A stretch of 58,419 bases of DNA, the filler included, from Dimargaris cristalligena (lineage: Eukaryota), in the NCBI GenBank assembly GCA_003614675.1. It is 5 parts of 5 records of this genome, joined end to end, with 100 filler letters (N's around TTAATTAATTAA, not from the genome) between each part and the next. Parts side by side here need not be neighbours in the genome. Positions count along the whole stretch, not along the records: positions 23,434 to 35,042 come from ML003101.1; positions 35,143 to 46,732 come from ML003102.1; 3 more parts are not named here. One strand, given 5' to 3'. The translations under genes and the position numbers were made by a program. This document shows positions 24,059-36,812 of the stretch, one piece after another. Every line of letters begins with the position of its first letter. Within the stretch, counting starts at the first letter, position 1. The notes below the pieces were generated by a model, which made no database searches, was not told where the DNA came from, and saw only the letters and a program-made list of their open reading frames with translations.

Positions 24059-24997
24059 CTACTCCACGGTGGCAGTAGTAGAAGCAGCGGACCCACCGCC
24101 ATTGATTAATGATGCGTGGAGTTCGTTCACCATTTCGTCAATCGATTGATCCGTCGAATCATGAGTTGACCCCATTGTCTCCGGTAGCAAATCAAGTTGG
24201 CCGGCGTTACTGTCCTCCGCCGAAAGAAGACCAGTCTCGTTAGTCGTAGGGTCCATCGTCGCTGTTGTTGTGGTAGTAGTAGTGGCGGTAGCATCCACCA
24301 CCATATCCATATCCATTTCCACCTCCGCTAGAATCGTGGATGGGTCGTTGAACACCGACGTCATGTTAGGCGGGGAATCGGGGCGCGTCATAAAGTCGTG
24401 CATACCGAGGTCCATGGAGAGAGCCAGGTCGCCGTTGGTCAGGGATTCGGAGGAGAATCCACCCGAGGCTGCAGCGGCTAGCAAGTCCTCGTCCGTCATC
24501 GCGTGATTGGTATTAATATTACCCCCTGAAGCAACGGCAGCCGTTGCCCCGTTCTCCGACCCGCCTACGCCGTTGTCAACCGCCGCCGACATGGAGTCAG
24601 CTGGGAGAGCCACAGCATCATCCCGGACGGCTAATGAATCCGTGGTGGTGGTGGCGGCGATGAGATCGGCGTAATTTCCACCAGCTAGGGCGGCCTTCAT
24701 GGCCTCCTCGAACTGGAACGAGTCGAATTTGCTGAGGTCCGTCGAGGGATCCATGGCTTGGTCCGTGTCGGTAATGGCACTACTGGGTGGTGCCATCGAC
24801 GACGGAGGGGCCATATTGAAAGCCTGCAACAGTTCATTGGAGGCCTTGGTTGAAAAGAGGGACGACGAATCGGCGGGTACTGAGACGGGATAGGAGGAAG
24901 AGGTGGAGGAGGCCTGCTGTGACCGGTGTTGCTGATGGGCGTGACCATCGCCCGCCAGTCCGGAGACGGAGTGTGGGGGGGGGTGAGGGGAGGGGGT

Positions 24998-25028
<31 letters not shown>

Positions 25029-26650
25029 TGCATAGCCTTCAGCATAGCCATAGTCTGGCGCCGGTGTTGCATACTGTGTTCGGCGTTGTAGGGGTCGGCC
25101 ACGGAATGACGACGGGTCACATTGACCAGGCGCTCGTTTGTCCGCATGCAGTGGTTGTTGCCGCCACCGTTGTTAGTAGCAGTGGCGGTCCCCGCATTAC
25201 CCCCCCCCTGGGGAAACCCGTGCAGGTACGCGGGGTTCAGTGCGGAGGTCAGGTAGGCGGTTGAATTCCCCGATGCCACGGCCGCGGCAGCGGCCTGGTA
25301 CATCTGGTGTTGGTGGTGGGAGTTGGCAGCGGCACCCGTAAAGTTCACTAAACCATTATTACCCTGCAGGGAAGGGTGGTACTGATTTAAACTGAGGTAC
25401 CGGGACACGGCCTGGGCGTGGTGGTGGGGGTTCATACCCGAAAACGGGTGCTGCTGCTGGTGGTGGTGGTGCGAGGCGGCCATCCCGTTGTTATTATTCC
25501 CATTACCACCCGATAGTTGCTGATGGTGGGAGTGGTGCAGGTGGAGCGGATTCACTGTACTGCCGTCAACGGCCTGGTGCAGGTAGGAGGGAGCAGCCCC
25601 GCCAGTGGCATCACCCACCATCTGCTGTTGCAGCCACTGGCTCACGTTCGAGGCATTGAGAGCCGAGGTGGAGAACCGGCGCTGCTGCTCGCTAAGGCGG
25701 TACTGCTGGAGGTAGTCGGGGGTCTGGCTGCTGGACCTATCGTGGCTCAGTCGGCTACAGCCGCCCATGGACTGATTGCCGTTTCCGTTACCACCGCCCC
25801 CCATAGAATTACTGTCCGCGCCGCTGAGCGAGTAGTTGTCCAGGGAAATACTGGCGGTAGTGCTGTAGCTGGCCGTGTACTTGCCGATGATCTTTTTGAG
25901 GGCAAACGACAGAACGCGCCAGTGGAACACTTTGACGTCTTTTTCGATGTTACGGGGCTTAGGGTTGGGGAACGACATGATGAGTTTAAAAAAGGTGGTC
26001 GAATCGTCCTTACTCTTGGAAACGGTCAAGGGGCGGAACCCCTCCAGGTTGCGGCGGATGCGGTTCTTTTCCTCCACGGTAAACCGCACACCAATTAGAG
26101 CTTCGAGAAGATAGATGCAGTCAACGCTGGTGATGAAGAAATCGTTCTTGTCGTCCCAGTAGATACACGACACGACAATGCTGTTCTGGACCCGCTCAGC
26201 CGCGGCCACGGGTTTGAATCCGCATACGATGTGGTTGTGTTCGTGACGTCGCCAAAACTGGACCAAACGCCGGCGGTTGCCGCTCTCTTCGGCCGACCAG
26301 TCGTACACGACCTGGTCCAGGTCACCTTCGATATCCAGCTTGGCCTTGTTAAGCAGCGAGGCGTAGGGGTTGAAGCTGCCGAGGTAGGGGTCTGATGAAG
26401 TAGCGTTGGCATTGATGTCATCACTGAGCCCCGTTGTGGCGGAGGGTAGACCGACCCCCTGGCCCAGACCGGGCGGGGTGTCTTTTTCGGACCCTTTGGT
26501 TTCGCTCATTTCGCTGGCATTGGCGCTATCGACCATTTTAATGCTGCTGTCGTCCTTGTCCAACGAGCCGAGGTCCAGACCGTCCTTGAGGGCGTGGCTC
26601 ACGTCCATGGGCAGGTCAATAGCTGCGGGAGTTGCCATGTCGGAGTACAT
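24059..26650 (-). CDS. medA: Medusa (MedA)-family developmental transcriptional regulator (~863 aa from the first ATG; upstream exons unresolved)
   Basis: Conserved core RRRLVQFWR...SCIYW...FITSVDCIYLLEALIGVRFTVEEKNRIRRNLEGFRPLTVSK...FFKLIMSFPNPKPRNIEKDVKVF, followed by Q/H/N/A-rich low-complexity sequence. Acceptor AAACTAG ends at 26720; first in-frame ATG at 26650. Confidence 0.88.
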
Positions 26651-29600
26651 TGATCCAAGGGAGGGGGGTGGGGTGGTGGTCGCAGATAACGCGAAGTATA
26701 GGGGGTCACTAAAGTACACCTAGTTTTAAAATGCAATAAAAGCGGTGTAATAAGAGGAGGGCAAGCGACACAGAGGTGGATAGAGCTGAACCACAAAAGT
26801 AATAGGGATGGGGTAGTAGGGGAGTAATACCAGGAAAGGCGTGCGACTAAAAGCTAGAGGGCCAAGTTGAGGTTCCTCGGTATGCTATTATCGGGCAACG
26901 TCAGCACTACGTCAATTCGTAAGTGAGAAAAATGGATCGCAGGATGAGGGCGGGCAACGGATATTTTCAAGTGGTCTGGAATAAATCCGATGGGCAAAAT
27001 GGGCCAGATACACTATAATGGAACTGTTGAGGGTAATTCCAAGATTAAAGAAATGAAAAGAAAGATAAGAAACCTGGCGATGAAGGGGTGGGATAGCCCG
27101 ATATTATGTACGATGGTGCTCTGTAAGGGCACACATACACTCTCTCTATCTCTATATAGGTAAAGATGGAGTGGGGCTTAGTCTGAAAGGGGAAAGGAGT
27201 CAGGGCAACCTCTATCTAATAGTGAATGAAATGAATGAATGGCGGCGGAGGACCCGGGGAGTCGCGTCATAAAATTTTAAAAAGTGAAACACGCGATAAG
27301 GATGGGCGCTTAAGGTAGACCAGTGAAACACCCTTTTGCGGACTGAATATAATTTAAGGAGCCGAGCTGAGCTGAGCAACAGGGAAATGCTGGATGGGGG
27401 GGATAAGGTATTACAATATAGACTAGGGAGTATTGGATAGGTATGAACGGATAATAGGAGGGGGATATTAGTATGGTGCGCAGGTGGGGGAGGTGCCGGA
27501 AGATGGTGCAAAGGCAGCAAGGGAAGGGGTGTCCAATTTGAAACCGGAGGTGTCGGATGAAGGGTATTCTATCTACTTTTATACTAAGCCAGGGGCACGT
27601 CCACTCACTAGCCAAGTGGGGTAAGAGAGATCCTAGATAGTTAAGCAAAGGGGGAAAGGGTGCGCACATCGCGCTTCCCCATACAACTGGTAGGTGGCGA
27701 GTTAGGGGTCTTCCTCTACACAGACTAACAGACCAACGCCAATAAGGCCCATGCCCTGGGCTTCAAGGTCAACGGGGTTTCAGTTAGATTCAGGGTTGGT
27801 GGGGGTTGATACCACACACCACAGAGTAACGTACCAGGTAAATAGACCCTAAGTACAAGGCCAAGGGGAGAGGGGGGTATGGGATGGGGGGGCTTAATGG
27901 CTCTTTGAAAGCGGTGCTATACGATCGAAGAGCGCTAATTGGCCAGACACTCTTAATCAGGGGATGAAACGGTGTACTGGCAGCCTGGCTGTCCGTCGGG
28001 CAGGGCTAATAAAGCAAATACGAGCGGGAGGGCAAAGGGAGCGGCGATGCAATGCTACCAGGGTCCCTTGGTCGGTGTCCCTGAAAATCAACGGGAATAT
28101 CCCCAAAATGGGCAACAAGGGTAATCGTTATATTGGGAGGGGAAGAGGGTTAAGGGGCCTGGGGTATCCGAATATAACTTACTACCCCCTGGCCAGTATA
28201 TGTGCGTGGTGGTTGCTGATGCTCTACACCACACGCGTGGGGGAACTCCTAAAGGCGGCAAATATGGCGATGAAGATAGGTTCGATTCGGATCGGATCGG
28301 GAGTTCGACAAGGCTATTTCGAGGAAGCGTTGGTGCAGAATACACCGCTTGAGTAGTTAGTTGGTTATCAATAGATGGTACCTGTAAAATCAAAGCGAAA
28401 GGCGAGATAATTAAAGGTAAAAGCTTCGGAGATACCTATTATACTCCTGGGGAGAAGGGATTATGGAAGGAAAAAATCCAAACGGAGAGGAAAGGGGTGA
28501 AGGAAGGAGAGAAGAGCCTGATTTACAAATTCGATAGAAGCATCTGATGGATGGATTCTTACTAAGAAGAATGGGAAATGAATATTATCTGGGGGAACAG
28601 GTTGTTAACAGATGTAAGAGAGATTCTTACGCCAGATCCGGTAGGATTTACTTACGAATACGTCGAAATGCCATTTTCCTATTACCAATAAGAGGTGTGA
28701 CCAATCAGGCATGTAAAATCACTCAATAGCCAAGCCCGGGGCAGTCCTATTTCCTATTTGCCGGACGATTTGGAGCTACGCCCTTGGTCCCCCTCCGTCC
28801 TTCTCGTCACCAGCTAAATCAGCTGGTCGATTATGAGTGGATGGGTCCGCCTATGCCCGCCAAAGAAGATTATACGACTATATCGCCGTTCTAGTGGGCC
28901 TTCCAGTGGTGAGTTCCGCTTACAGAGTAGTTCGGTGGTGGGGGTGGGTCCGCAGCCCCATTGTTCAGATGATTTAACCGGGAACGTCCGGCCCCAATCT
29001 GCCTTGGATAATAAATCCCAATGTGATACTGTTGGTCAGACTATTCCGTACGCCTGTCTATTAGTGACGGTTCTTACTGAGGCTAGTGGGTACGGTCGGC
29101 GGCTTCTCTAACCAAAATCGGTTAAAAGGTAGCCCCAGCCACCACCATCCCCCCCCTCAAGTGATCCTACTGGTCATTATGAACCAAAGTGTTAGAGGTT
29201 AATATAATTAAGGACTCTCCTTGAACCGAGGCCCCATTTTTCTGTACCATCTGCACCAGTAACGAATAAACAGTTCCGATTAGAATTTGTGGTCACTACG
29301 ATTCGCCAATTAAATAGGGTTAGACTTGGGCGAGGCGAGAGGTATTGTTTGCATCGAGAGGACAGGACGCCTGATTCACAGCAGTAGAAGTGGGCTAGGA
29401 AAGGACGGCTTAGTAGCGCATACTCCCAAGCACACCGCGTCACTCACAGAGATTCTGGAACTAATTTCTACTACCTTCTTACATCATTATATTTTTGCGC
29501 CATTCGCCACAGACGAGCAACTCAGCCCTACTACCATGAGGTCATTTGATTCAAAGCGGTTGGTCAACGGATAGGAGTAATAGTGTAGTCTAATGGCGCT

Positions 29601-32600
29601 TTACTTTAAGGGCAAGTGCCAGCCCCACTAGGTATCCGCTCACAACTTTTTCGTTTTGCCAACCCCTCCCCGCCTCTAGTCAGTTTGATTGAACCACGTT
29701 CCCTTGTTGGCTAAAGTCGGTAATTTCTAACGTGAATAATATCGATCCATGGCAAATTCTTACTTTCTGTTTGGTTGGCGAACATAACTGGGTTGAAGAC
29801 GCTAGCTAGATAACGTGATTGCCGCCAAGTTGATTTGTGCGGCCCTTACTTGCCTTTTAGTCACTAGACTACCGCGATATTCAGCCCATCTAAAACCTGC
29901 CCAATTGAGTATTCCCACACCTTGCATTCCAGCTAGGCCGCACCCTTCATATTCAATTATACATAAAACTGTATTAGGTTTCTTTAACTTATATAGTGCA
30001 TATTGTAATCGTAAAAATAACCAACCACACTCGCCCGGATTTTTAGGGCTCTTTTCATAGCTTCGATTTAGGCACCATGCCTTACATCAGTAACAATAAT
30101 TAAAATAATACTGGAGGGAAAACACTATTTAATCAGTATATTGTTATAGCACAAACGGGTTGGACAATCTTCCACAGAAGGCTGACGACCCACCACCACC
30201 AAACTATTATCCGCTGGATTAAGGAACTCATGATGGGCGGGTAAACCGTGGCTGTGGGCTGTATAGCTATTAAAGCTATTCAGAAATATACGATCCCCCG
30301 GCAAATCATGATAGAATGACCATTAATGCAGTTACTAAGTAATATGTATATTCTAACATTCCTAGGACACATTACACTGGCTATATAATGGTATAATATA
30401 TAATAATTTAGGCTGAGCGGATATTATCGTCAGAAAAACACGCAATTAAAACCCCTTTCGGTATCCATCACGTTGACGGGCTGTTAGCAGATCGGTTAAA
30501 TTGTACTATTAGAGCAGCGCCATTAATGTTTAAAGGTGGGGCCGACCCTTCCGCATGGGTATTTTTTAAGGGCGAAAAGTGGAGATATCAATTCCGACCA
30601 GAGGGGTGCTTTCACGTAGAATGCAAATTTACTTTCCCCCCCCTACACTAGGAGGTGTCCAGTCGGCCTTAACTGAGCATATTGCCACCATGGCTGACTT
30701 TTATTATAGCCGGCGTACTGATAAATACATCGTCCACCCATTACGCTCCTAAATATTGAATACTACAGGGGCTATATCCGTTACATTCTACCAACTTGTT
30801 GAGGTGGATGGGGATAGTTGTTCCCTGAAAGGGGGCCCCGTGTTTGTTTATACAGGCGGGGGGAGGGGAGAGACTTGCCAGATAAAGTCGATTGATTCGA
30901 CTGCGACCTCAAGTAAACTGGTTGAATGGCATACACGCACCTAATATAGATTACATATTTACCAAACCTTTAATCGAAATCCAATATTAGGCCCATAATA
31001 CTACTGGTGGTATACCTCAATACAAATTACCCTGACGTCCCATCAGCCTAAAATAGAAGGTGAAATCAATTCCTTCATCACCTGCTTATTTCACAATCTA
31101 GACTAATCGGCATCACGTCTATTTCGATTACTAGGGGGAAGGGGCCTAACAACGTTGCCCGCTACCTGGATTTAGTATCTTATTGAGGGATATGGGTGAG
31201 ACGATCAGTGTAACTGTAAAATAGCCCTAAAAATGTATAATTATGATGTAATACAGATATCCAAGGGAATTAAACGTCGAGAATTCTCTAATTTTATAAT
31301 CACCGATAAACTTGACAAAATTACGACATCACAATTCAAATAAATGAATGTGAGAACGAATACGCTGTCTAGGGCTCTCGAAAAACGAATTATCGGCTGG
31401 TCTTGTTCAAGGAAAGGAGGCAGTGGATATAAAGCCAAGTTAAGTGCCTGTTAGCATTTATCAACTATACACTGCTACGGAAAACTATAGCTGGGAGTGG
31501 ACTAAATAAGACTACATTACGTAGAATTCCTTCATGTGTGGACATGTAGAGAGGTTGGGATACCTAGAAATGCCATATTGGTTCTCATAGGCCATCCTGT
31601 CGATTTGTCGAGTAGGTAAAGTAGTGACCGCAATACGAACCTTCTTTGGCTCCCCTGGGGCCGCTTGTAAGCCCCAGGGATTGTAAATTCAAAGTAAACT
31701 AGCCCACTTATTATAATAACAGTTAAATGGGTCTGAGATATAGGACTATTTGCATCACTTATTTCATTGTATTTGTAAGAAGTAAACGAAATGAATGAGC
31801 TTCGAATGATCGAAAATTATACCCGAAAAGTGCGGACCACTCGTACAATGTCCAAACCTTTAAAATCCAAGCGACTCGCGCTGTTCACGATAAGGCGGTT
31901 AATAGACAAATTGTAGGGACCAGATTCCTAGATCACATCGTCTCATGCCTAGCATCAAGGCTCGATCTATCCTCGCACTCACCTATGCTACAAACATGGA
32001 TTTGAATAGAGGTACATAATTGCTGATTTCTCTCTCTCATTTGTACATTAGTGCTTACTAGATACACCGTATCCTATACTATGGTCCGTCTACGCGTAAA
32101 CAAAGGGGCAGGACAATACAGTGGATCTTACCTTCGCCGGCTGTTTCCTACATGGCCCCTCAATTCCCCTAACACCCTTACAAATATTATTTGTCGGCTT
32201 CTCCCAGGCATGTTTATAGCCTTTGGCGGTATACTGAAACCGATGCCCTTAACTCCGATTCTCGTAACTTCAGGGCCACCACCGTAAACGATAATTGAGT
32301 GGGATAGAACGGCAGGGAGAGGGGCGGACGAGGAATACGGTGGAATATCAGGTTATTTCGGCAAACTACGGCTCCTAAACAGCCTTAGTAATATAGATGG
32401 GATTATAGAGGAAATCTAGTTCGTTTATCAACTATCAGTATTGACTTGTCCGGTCCAACTAAACTCGATCGCCCCCCTCCCATCCATCCTTTTGGTGCAG
32501 TGGACCCATTCACTTACCAGGGGAAATCAACTGTTCTGAATATAGCAACACTCACCATTAAGCCAAACTGCTGATTGTATGTTCTGTGTTTTAGTATATA

Positions 32601-33933
32601 TATAACTTAGACGGCTGCTTAAGAGGATAGGAAAAGTTACCGTTCATTGTTGGTTTATCATCCTAGGTTGTTGAACTACCACAGTTGCCTAGATCTATAA
32701 TTATTTGTAATAGACACGAGCTTGGCCCCATTTTGTTTCGGGCTTGCTACCTTTTAGCAACGGTTTTATTGTTTTTTGACTAAATCGGTGCCCTGCAGCT
32801 CCTGTTTATGACTGACCCATTCCCATCTTAAGCACAGCCTATTACCGCATACCCAGTCCCTTGCCTCTTTCCCCTAAGCCACATTATGGCCCCTACATTT
32901 ATATAATCTCATACCCTTTCTATACCCAATTTTACCCGACTGGGCCACCGCCCCTCCGCCGAGGTACTATTTCCATTATATTTCATCAACTCACTCCCAA
33001 GTTACATTCCCCGTTCTCACAAGGTCGAACCACTTCACGTCGGCACCCGAAAGAGTTACATCTACTTATAAAGTGTAAGTATAATCGCACTATTCTTAGA
33101 TCACGGGTGAAAGGGGTCCAGTCAGCCTCTCCCTTTCATACTTTGATTATACCGGAAATAACCCCTTTGAATTGTCGAGGCCATTAGGGCTGGTTGTATA
33201 TATATATATACATAGATATGTGTGTATATACACATGTATATTTACGGGTTGGGCCCTACCCCCAGGGACAGCCAAGCCGGCTCCTTGCGTCCCCACTGCG
33301 AACCATGGCTCAAAGAGGTGGGCGAAGAATCGGCAATCCATCAGGAGGTACTTCCACCAGTGATTAATGGCCCCGTTTGAGGCGGTTCATTAGGGAGGCT
33401 TCATTATGGCTTACATGGCTACTACACATTCCCCGCATTCGGGAGCACACTGTACGATTCACTCATCAACCCGTCTGCCTATTTATTCTCCCAATCGCCC
33501 TGCCCATATTTTAATCATTTAGGCCATCAGTAGCTATCTTCATAATCAACCGCATCCGCTCACAAGATTTATTTTCTGTTGTTTTAGAGCTCCGCACTGT
33601 GCTCCCCTAAGTTTCAGCCCCGAATCTTGTTGATATCTGTTAGATCGTTTTGCACATCCCAATTTTCGCTTCGCTGACCCCTTATAGAGCACTCAACCGC
33701 CACCCCCAGCCCCTTCACCACTTGACTTTAAAGCGGCGTCTGTCCTGACCCACGCGCCATCCCTTGGCCTGCTCCTTTTCCCTCACCTGGATTACTCACG
33801 TGTCCTGAATACCAGTTCTCAGCTCAGCGGAGGATCAATTATTTTTGCCTTCTACGTCATTGCCAAGTTTTTTTAGGACACCCCTTCCCGTGCATATATT
33901 ATACACACGCACATATACACACACACACGCACC

Positions 33934-35042
33934 ATGTCCTATAAAAACCCCAACTCGGCCCGCCCTTCCACTGGTCGACGTATCCTGCTACTGGCCCTTC
34001 TCGTTTCTGCTACCTTGTACGTCCCGACTTCCGCCCACTCCACCGACTCCAGTTCGCGAGTCGCCGATCAACAGCAGCACCACCATCATCATCACCCTCT
34101 TCAAATCCGCCACGGCGAATACTTTGGCCCTGCAATGAATCAGGACGACAACGTCGGTGACCTCCAGCGCTTCCAGCGCCTCAGCCTCCGCCAGGACTTC
34201 GGAGATTTTGAGGACGCCGAAGCGGACTTCGAAGAGTATCCCGAAGAATTCGAGGAAGACGAAAACGAACCCCCCGTCCAGGCCGCCCCGGTCCCAGCCC
34301 CGGCCAAGAAAATGCCCCCGCCCATCGCGGCCAAGCCGGCCAATTTGAGATCCCGACCCATCAAGGCGGTTGTCAACCCCCCGGCCGCTACCCCTACTTC
34401 CCATACCATGATGACACCACCCGCCGCCACCCCTACTACTGCTGCTGCTGCTGCTACTATTACTACTACCCTTGTCGATAATAATGGCGCGGCCCGGCCC
34501 GCTGATGTAGACAATGGTCGTCAGGCTACCGAAGCCAGTAGTATCCCCGACGAAAGCGAATCCGACTCGGCTGCTTCACCTTTCACCGCGGACGCGTTCG
34601 CCAAACTGCTCCCCGCTGGCGCCACTTCGTTCGCCGGTCGGACGAACCCCCATCAGCCCTCGCAGTTCTGGGGCAACCACCGGGGACCTTACCAAACTAA
34701 CCGTTGGTGGGGTAACCTCGTCTTCGATAAGGGCGATCAGCCTGTAGCGCCGTACCCGTACACCATTCGCCCCCTCGATAACGGCATCACCATGTCCTCG
34801 CCCAAGACTTTCGGGACCTCCGGGTTCATTGCCCAGCCGCTCGACGGCAATTGGGTCATGACGACTGCCGAGGGCTTCAATAGCCGCAAACTGGTGTCCG
34901 ATGACGACCTGACCGCTACTTACGAATGGTCGGGCTACGGAGGCAACAGTCTGCGCTCGACCTTCGTCAAGGGCTCGCCTTACCTGACTTATGTTATCAA
35001 GAACTCAACCCTCAAACTCTCGACTCTGCAGGCCATTCTTTA
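33934..35042 (+). CDS. Secreted GH81 endo-1,3-beta-glucanase, 5' part only (truncated by contig end)
   Basis: Signal peptide (ILLLALLVSATLYVPTSA), low-complexity linker, then GH81 N-terminal motifs PYQTNRWWGNLV, PYPY and FVKGSPYLTY. The ORF runs into the gap. Confidence 0.8.
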
Positions 35043-35142
35043 NNNNNNNNNNNNNNNNNNNNNNNNNNNNNNNNNNNNNNNNNNNNTTAATTAATTAANN
35101 NNNNNNNNNNNNNNNNNNNNNNNNNNNNNNNNNNNNNNNNNN
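35043..35142. other. Artificial contig spacer (N44-TTAATTAATTAA-N44)
   Basis: Same 100-bp spacer. Confidence 0.98.
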
Positions 35143-35512
35143 AACTCTATATATGCTCACCCCCTAGTACTGACCAGTAAGTGTGCATCTAGTGCACAGA
35201 CCTTGCCTATGTTCTACGCTTGCTTCATTCGGTTAGTCTTGTCACTGCCCCTAACATTAGTAGCCTGCTTGGCCGTGTCCAACGCCCCGCCTACTGTTAG
35301 AAGCCTATCCCCGAGACTCTTGATGGACTAAGAGTGGTTAACTCGGGCGACACCCCCTGCTGTATTTATTACACATGGTCCCTTTAGCTTCTTGGCAATT
35401 GTAGATGGTGGGCTTATCTATTGAGCATAATAAGTAGAATTAATGTAACAAAACACTAATAACATCTATTAGCAATAGTACTCCTTGATGAAAACAACTG
35501 GAAAGTAAATAG

Positions 35513-35960
35513 CCTGGGTGTGTAACCCACAATCCTTTCCCAGAAGTGGATTTCACTGGTGGAAAACATACCATCTCTCTGTAACCTTTCCTGATGACAT
35601 CTTGGCCAAAGTATTACCCAGTGGTATGGAGCTCCTCCCCTGTCCATTAGCTAATATACTGTCTAGGTTTTTGTATATATGGGAGAAGTTTATTCGGGCT
35701 ATATAATGAAAAATCCATTGGATAAGGCCAATATTACTGATTAAGGACTATTCTCCCACGTATTCACCCATGCATATATTAAACAAAACCCTTTACAGCT
35801 GGTTCGAATTTCATCCATATGGGAGAGATTCAACCAGGCTGTATAATAAAAAATCCGTTGGATGAGGTAAAACCTACTGGTTAAAAATGAACCCCCCGCC
35901 TATTTTCCCATACACATCACTTAAAGCCTTGTGCAGCTGGGACGAATTTCACCCATATGA
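35513..35960 (+). pseudogene. Decayed tandem repeat of a ~138-140 bp (46-codon) coding unit
   Basis: Units begin ATG at 35679, 35819 and 35957, with a more diverged copy at 35513..35566. They translate as MGE(V/I)x(P/S)G(C/Y)IxKNPLD(E/K)xxxT(G/D)*...KPxxAG(S/T)NF(I/T)H, with in-frame stops and a frameshift. Confidence 0.6.
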
Positions 35961-36812
35961 ACTATAGCAGCGAATCCCCCGCCAATTGGGGTGGTTGTCG
36001 GGCTCTAACTTAGTGTCCAGGTCGAGGAGCCTATAACTTAGGTTGTGCTTATCCTCACAAAAAAATGAACGCATCAATTTAATTAGGCGATAAGGGGAAT
36101 GGAATGGGTAGTGTTGTTTATATAGGAAAGCGTTGTAATCCAACTGGGATTTATTCGGCGCCATGACTAAACAGGCCTGGGGACTCCAATAAAATAGATC
36201 GCAGTATTGAAGCAGCTTCCTGGTGCCAATTAGACTTGCATGGCATCAAGTATTGTGTGGATAGTGGGGAATCAAGGGGGAACTTAGTGCCTTTAAATAG
36301 TTATGATTTGCCCTAAACGACTCTTTAATACCCGCTGGCTGGGCCATTGTCCCCTGTGTGATCTATGGGTATAGGGAGAGAGGTGGGCGATATCTATAGC
36401 CAAAACACAAACATGTATACAAAAAAAAAACAGGGACACTGTTGTTTAACCCAACTAACCTCACCCATTCCAAACTTCTGCAATTAGCCATAACGAATGA
36501 ATGGGCCAGCTTTTGTTTTTTTGGCCGCGTAGTTTGGGTTACTAATAAGTGTATCCTATTTTATTTCTTGCTTTCACATTATCCCCTTGAACTTATTAAC
36601 TTCAGTCTGGACCATCGACGTGAATGAGCTCACCCACACTCTATTCGAGATTTAGGTCGCGCGCCACTATTATTCCCACTATTCCTTCCACTCCTTTTAT
36701 TTGAATTCGCCCTCGAGACGATACTTTAGCTCCGAAACTCTCGTGCATTTCTATATATTTTTCTCATTGGCTAATCCGCTGCCTACGTTGACTGGCCGTG
36801 TCTTTCTTGACT

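Noticed and set aside
35799..35817. GGTTCGAAT resembling a tRNA T-loop/B-box
   Set aside because: There is no cloverleaf or A-box, and the next repeat unit has GGGACGAAT, consistent with codons G-S/T-N.
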